Shown here: positions 60,122-64,000 of the stretch, piece after piece
Layout of the letters: each line of letters starts with the position of its first letter
Position numbering within the stretch: the stretch's first letter is position 1
NCBI GenBank assembly: GCA_965216465.1
Contig: CBDCFW010000005.1
Coordinates: forward strand, 128,001 to 192,000
Direction: 5' to 3'
DNA: 64,000 nucleotides
Source: Bacteroidia bacterium
Lineage (GTDB): Bacteria; Bacteroidota; Bacteroidia; NS11-12g; UBA9320
The notes under the pieces: model-generated
Seen by the model: only the letters and a program-made list of their open reading frames with translations
Databases searched by the model: none
Told to the model about the DNA's origin: nothing
Translations under genes and position numbers: made by a program

Positions 60122-61753
60122 ATGGTTGATCAGACTAATGAATATAACATGGCAACAACAAAACAAGCACGAACGAACTCAGGTCTGGCTACTTACACCG
60201 GATCATGGGGACGACCGGAAGCAATTCATTTGCTGAAACGAACCAACTTCGGAGCTCGAATCGCTGACGTCAATCAACTTTCCGGCATGACTATGTCAAA
60301 TGCCGTTGATATGGTGTTGAACATCGATTACACAGCCCCATCCCCACCAATTAATAACTACAACGGAAGCAATAATGATCCAAACGTTTTACCCGGAGAA
60401 ACTTGGGTAAATGACTTTAACGGACTATTAAACGGTTCACGAAGAGCTTCTTTCAAAAGATGGTGGGCTGGATTAATGATAAACCAAGACATTACAATCA
60501 AAGAAAAGATGACCTTGTTTTGGCACAATCATTTTGCAACTGAATCAGTTGTTTACGGCTGGGCTAATTATGCTTATCGTCAGAATGAATTATTCCGTTC
60601 TAACAGTGGAAAGAATTATAGAACACTGGTTAAAGACATTTCAATTGACCCTGCCATGTTGATTTATCTAAACGGTAATCGAAATACAAAGGCAGCTCCT
60701 GATGAGAACTATGCTAGAGAGCTTATGGAACTTTTCACGCTAGGAAAAGGACCAAATTCAAAGTATACTGAGCATGACGTAATTGAAGCAGCTAAGGTGT
60801 TAACTGGATTTAGAGTTAATAACACCAATGGCTCTGTATTCTTTGATGACAATCGTCATGATACCACAGATAAAACATTTTCAAGCTTCTTTAACAGTCA
60901 TACAATTACAGGTAAAACCGGGCAAGATGGACAGACTGAATTAGACGATCTTATCAATATGATCTTCCTTCAACCAGAAGTTTCGAAGCATATGGTGAGA
61001 AAGCTGTATAAATGGTTTGTGTATTATGAAATTGACGACGACACTGAATTGAACGTAATTAATCCCTTGTCAGCAATTTTCAGAAACAACAACTACGAGG
61101 TTAAGCCAGTACTAGAAGCCTTATTTAAGAGCGAACACTTTTATGATATGGCAAATAGAGGTGCATTAATTAAGAGCCCTGTAGATTTTTCTGTTGGCTT
61201 GTGCCGTAATTTCAATATTGAATTCCCACCATCTACTGACTACGTAAACCAGTACAATGCGTGGAATTTAATTTATTACTACGGAATGTCAATTCTTCAA
61301 CAGAACATTGGAGACCCTCCTAGTGTTGCCGGTTGGTCACCATATTATCAAGTTCCTCAGTTTCATGAGATCTGGATTAATTCAGATACACTTCCTTTCC
61401 GAAATATCTTAACCGATATTTTAGTTTCAAATGGATACCGTGTTGGGACCTACAGACTGAAAATTGACACCCTAGAACTTGGTAAAACTATTGGGAACAG
61501 CACAACCCGTATAGCAGATGATTTAATTGACTATATGCTCGAGTTTATGCACACGCTAGAAGTTAGCAGTGCTCAGAAAGAATTTATGAAGAGTATACTA
61601 CTTGGTGGAAATGTAGACGATAGTTATTGGACCAATGCATGGGACGATTACTACACGGATCAAAATGACACCGAAAAACAATCGGTCGTGAGTTCAAGGC
61701 TCGCTTTCCTAGTTAAATATTTAATGAACTTAAGCGAATTCCAATTATCGTAA
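60122..61753 (+). CDS. DUF1800 domain protein
   Basis: HLLKRTNFG, EKMTLFWHNHFA, PAMLIYLN, DENYARELMELFTLG, PPSVAGW; alternative ATG at 60149. Confidence 0.92.
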   Translation: MVDQTNEYNMATTKQARTNSGLATYTGSWGRPEAIHLLKRTNFGARIADVNQLSGMTMSNAVDMVLNIDYTAPSPPINNYNGSNNDPNVLPGETWVNDFNGLLNGSRRASFKRWWAGLMINQDITIKEKMTLFWHNHFATESVVYGWANYAYRQNELFRSNSGKNYRTLVKDISIDPAMLIYLNGNRNTKAAPDENYARELMELFTLGKGPNSKYTEHDVIEAAKVLTGFRVNNTNGSVFFDDNRHDTTDKTFSSFFNSHTITGKTGQDGQTELDDLINMIFLQPEVSKHMVRKLYKWFVYYEIDDDTELNVINPLSAIFRNNNYEVKPVLEALFKSEHFYDMANRGALIKSPVDFSVGLCRNFNIEFPPSTDYVNQYNAWNLIYYYGMSILQQNIGDPPSVAGWSPYYQVPQFHEIWINSDTLPFRNILTDILVSNGYRVGTYRLKIDTLELGKTIGNSTTRIADDLIDYMLEFMHTLEVSSAQKEFMKSILLGGNVDDSYWTNAWDDYYTDQNDTEKQSVVSSRLAFLVKYLMNLSEFQLS

Positions 61754-61764
61754 AATAATACACC

Positions 61765-63345
61765 ATGAAAAGAAGAGATTTTTTAAAACGAGTTGCTCCA
61801 ATGTCTTTACTGCCTTTTGCAGTAAACGGACAACCTATTAGAGCATATGGAAAGTTGATGGGTGCTAATTCTGAAGATTTCACGGAAACTGATAATGTCT
61901 TGGTACTTGTTCAATTAAATGGTGGGAACGATGGTTTGAATACGCTTATCCCACTTGACCAATACGCAAACTTATCTACGGCACGACCTGATGTTTTGAT
62001 ACCTGAGAATAAAGTACTTTCTCTTGATGGAATTGATAATACAGGACTACATCCTGCCATGAATAAGATGCGTGATATGTATAACGACGGTAAGGTACGA
62101 GCCATACAATCGGTTGGTTACCCAAGTCAAAACTATTCACACTTCCGCTCAACCGATATTTGGTTGACTGGATCTGATTCAGACGAAGTTGTTGAAAGTG
62201 GTTGGTTAGGAAGATACCTTTCAGAAGAATGGCCAAACTACCCTAACGGTTTCCCAAATGACGACATGGAAGATCCGCTAGCCATCCAGATTGGATCGGT
62301 TGTATCGCCTGTTTGTCAGGGACTTGCAGTGAACATGGGCTTTGCTGTATCAAATCCAACAAACTTCTATCAGTTGCTTACAGGTAACTATGGTCCTACC
62401 CCAAACACTTGGGCTGGCAAAGAGTTAGACTATATTAGAACAGTTGCTCATCAGAGTAATGAGTATTCGCAACGCGTTAAAGCAGCCGCAGAAAGTGCTT
62501 CTAATTTAGCAACCTATCCTGACGGTAACAGGTTAGCCAACCAACTTAAAATTGTAGCTCAGTTAATTGCTGGTGGACTGAAAACACGTGTTTACATCGT
62601 ATCACAAGGTGGATTCGACACACATGCTAATCAGGTTGATGCTACTGGTGGTAATGAAACGGGATCACACGCATTTTTACTTCAAACCGTATCGGATGCA
62701 ATTGCTGCTTTCCAAGATGATATTGAACAACTTGGCGTTGATGATAGAGTTTTAGGCATGACTTTCAGTGAATTTGGAAGAAGAATTGTTGGAAACGGTA
62801 GTACGGGTACTGACCACGGTGCTGCAGCTCCATTGTTTATGTTTGGATCTAAGGTAAAAGGTGGCGTAACTGGTGATAACCCAGATATACCAGCCAATGC
62901 TACGGTACAAAATAACCTGGCCATGCAAACGGACTTTAGATCTATTTACTCGACGATTTTACAAGATTGGTTCTGCCTAGATGAAGCTACATCAGACAGT
63001 GTCTTACTAAAAGACTTTGAGAAAATGGATTTGCTTGAAGGAGCATGCTCTACAACCTCAATAACTAGAGATAAACGAGCTAGAGCTGGAGATTCTTATA
63101 TTTCAAACTATCCTAACCCATTTGGAGCAAGCACCAATGTTTCATTCTATTCAAACGGAGGTCTTGTGACTATTGATGTTATCAATATTGAAGGTCAGAT
63201 AGTTTCGACACTTGTCAGTGCAGAAATACCGAAAGGAACTCATGAAATATCATTTGATGCCTCTGGCTTACCTTCAGGAACTTATTACTGTAGATATCAA
63301 AATGGATATATCCAACAGACAAGAAGTTTACTTAAAGTGAGGTAA
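61765..63345 (+). CDS. DUF1501 domain protein with Tat-like signal and T9SS C-terminal domain
   Basis: MKRRDFLK; LNGGNDGLN, SHFRSTDIW, GGFDTHA, FSEFGRR, GTDHG; tail NYPNPF...LPSGTYYCR. Confidence 0.92.
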   Translation: MKRRDFLKRVAPMSLLPFAVNGQPIRAYGKLMGANSEDFTETDNVLVLVQLNGGNDGLNTLIPLDQYANLSTARPDVLIPENKVLSLDGIDNTGLHPAMNKMRDMYNDGKVRAIQSVGYPSQNYSHFRSTDIWLTGSDSDEVVESGWLGRYLSEEWPNYPNGFPNDDMEDPLAIQIGSVVSPVCQGLAVNMGFAVSNPTNFYQLLTGNYGPTPNTWAGKELDYIRTVAHQSNEYSQRVKAAAESASNLATYPDGNRLANQLKIVAQLIAGGLKTRVYIVSQGGFDTHANQVDATGGNETGSHAFLLQTVSDAIAAFQDDIEQLGVDDRVLGMTFSEFGRRIVGNGSTGTDHGAAAPLFMFGSKVKGGVTGDNPDIPANATVQNNLAMQTDFRSIYSTILQDWFCLDEATSDSVLLKDFEKMDLLEGACSTTSITRDKRARAGDSYISNYPNPFGASTNVSFYSNGGLVTIDVINIEGQIVSTLVSAEIPKGTHEISFDASGLPSGTYYCRYQNGYIQQTRSLLKVR

Positions 63346-63364
63346 ATGGATAAAATCTAGAAAA

Positions 63365-63396
63365 GGGCTGCCTGTTGCAAAATGGGCAGCTTTTTT
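63365..63396 (+). terminator. Intrinsic terminator
   Basis: gctgcc...ggcagc + T6 between convergent genes. Confidence 0.65.
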
Positions 63397-63952
63397 ATTT
63401 GAATGGAGTTTCAAAGCTGGCAAAAGGCTCAGCGTGTTCATCTTTTTCTGAGAGCACCGGAGACACATTTCCCCAATCTATTTCTAACTGTGGCGAATTC
63501 CATAGAATTGCCCCTTCCGATTCGTGATTGTAGTAATTGGTACACTTGTAGGCAAAGATCGTATCGTCTTCTAGCGTCATAAAGCCATGAGCAAATCCGG
63601 GAGGAATCCAAAACATGGTCTTGTTGTCTTCATTCAGCTCAATTTTAAAGTGCTTTCCGTAAGTTGGTGAATTTGCTCTTATATCAACAGCAATATCAAG
63701 CACAGCCCCTTTAATAACCTGAACCAGTTTCCCTTGTTCAAATGGAGGTTTTTGAAAGTGAAGCCCTCTAAGAATCCCTTTCTTACTTTTTGACTGATTG
63801 TCTTGAACAAAGTCGTATCGAATACCATTGCTTTCAAGCAGGTCTTTGCGAAAACTTTCAAAAAAATATCCTCTATGATCACCAAAAACTTTAGGTTCAA
63901 GGATGAGCAAGTCTTTTATAAATGTTTCTTTAATTGTCAAAACGAATTGCAA
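63395..63952 (-). CDS. rfbC: dTDP-4-dehydrorhamnose 3,5-epimerase
   Basis: FGDHRGYFFESF, FVQDNQS, LRGLHFQ, DIAVDIR, PPGFAHGF; start may be TTG 63940. Confidence 0.95.
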   Translation of the reverse strand: MQFVLTIKETFIKDLLILEPKVFGDHRGYFFESFRKDLLESNGIRYDFVQDNQSKSKKGILRGLHFQKPPFEQGKLVQVIKGAVLDIAVDIRANSPTYGKHFKIELNEDNKTMFWIPPGFAHGFMTLEDDTIFAYKCTNYYNHESEGAILWNSPQLEIDWGNVSPVLSEKDEHAEPFASFETPFK

Positions 63953-64000
63953 TTGTATGAAAACTTCCTAAGTTGTGAAAAATAACTTGATATCTCGGGC

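Noticed and set aside
172-63985. Numerous 60-150 aa ORFs nested in or antisense to long genes
   Set aside because: No recognisable motifs; they fully overlap well-supported genes and are typical shadow ORFs

Overview
Core-genome segment of an AT-rich Bacteroidota (Flavobacteriales/Bacteroidia-like) chromosome. Evidence for this: the gldKLMN gliding/T9SS operon, recurrent TAnnTTTG promoter motifs, TonB-dependent receptors and T9SS C-terminal sorting domains. Most of the window is housekeeping (rnr, lplA, nth, pruA, dnaB, clpC, argS, folP, aroK, HU, floA/nfeD, gcvP, rfbC). Two loci stand out. (1) At 11.7-17.2 kb on the minus strand, a ~700-aa Cys-rich secreted protein with a T9SS-like tail is followed by five tandem paralogous Cys-rich lipoprotein genes with a 666-669 bp period. 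These have conserved ends, variable middles and palindromic spacers, and sit behind a structured 5' leader with a terminator-like hairpin. This may be a T9SS effector plus a diversifying immunity/partner array. (2) At 21.3-23.5 kb, a second, divergent GldL/GldM motor pair keeps the key membrane residues but has no gldK/gldN. Also noted: a DnaA-box cluster (candidate oriC) between dnaB and clpC, a +1 frameshift near the clpC 3' end, an 11-bp-periodic GTTAAC regulator-box array, and three small ORFs missed by the ORF track. No rRNA, tRNA, CRISPR array or mobile element was recognised. All family assignments are from recognition of motifs, not from database searches.
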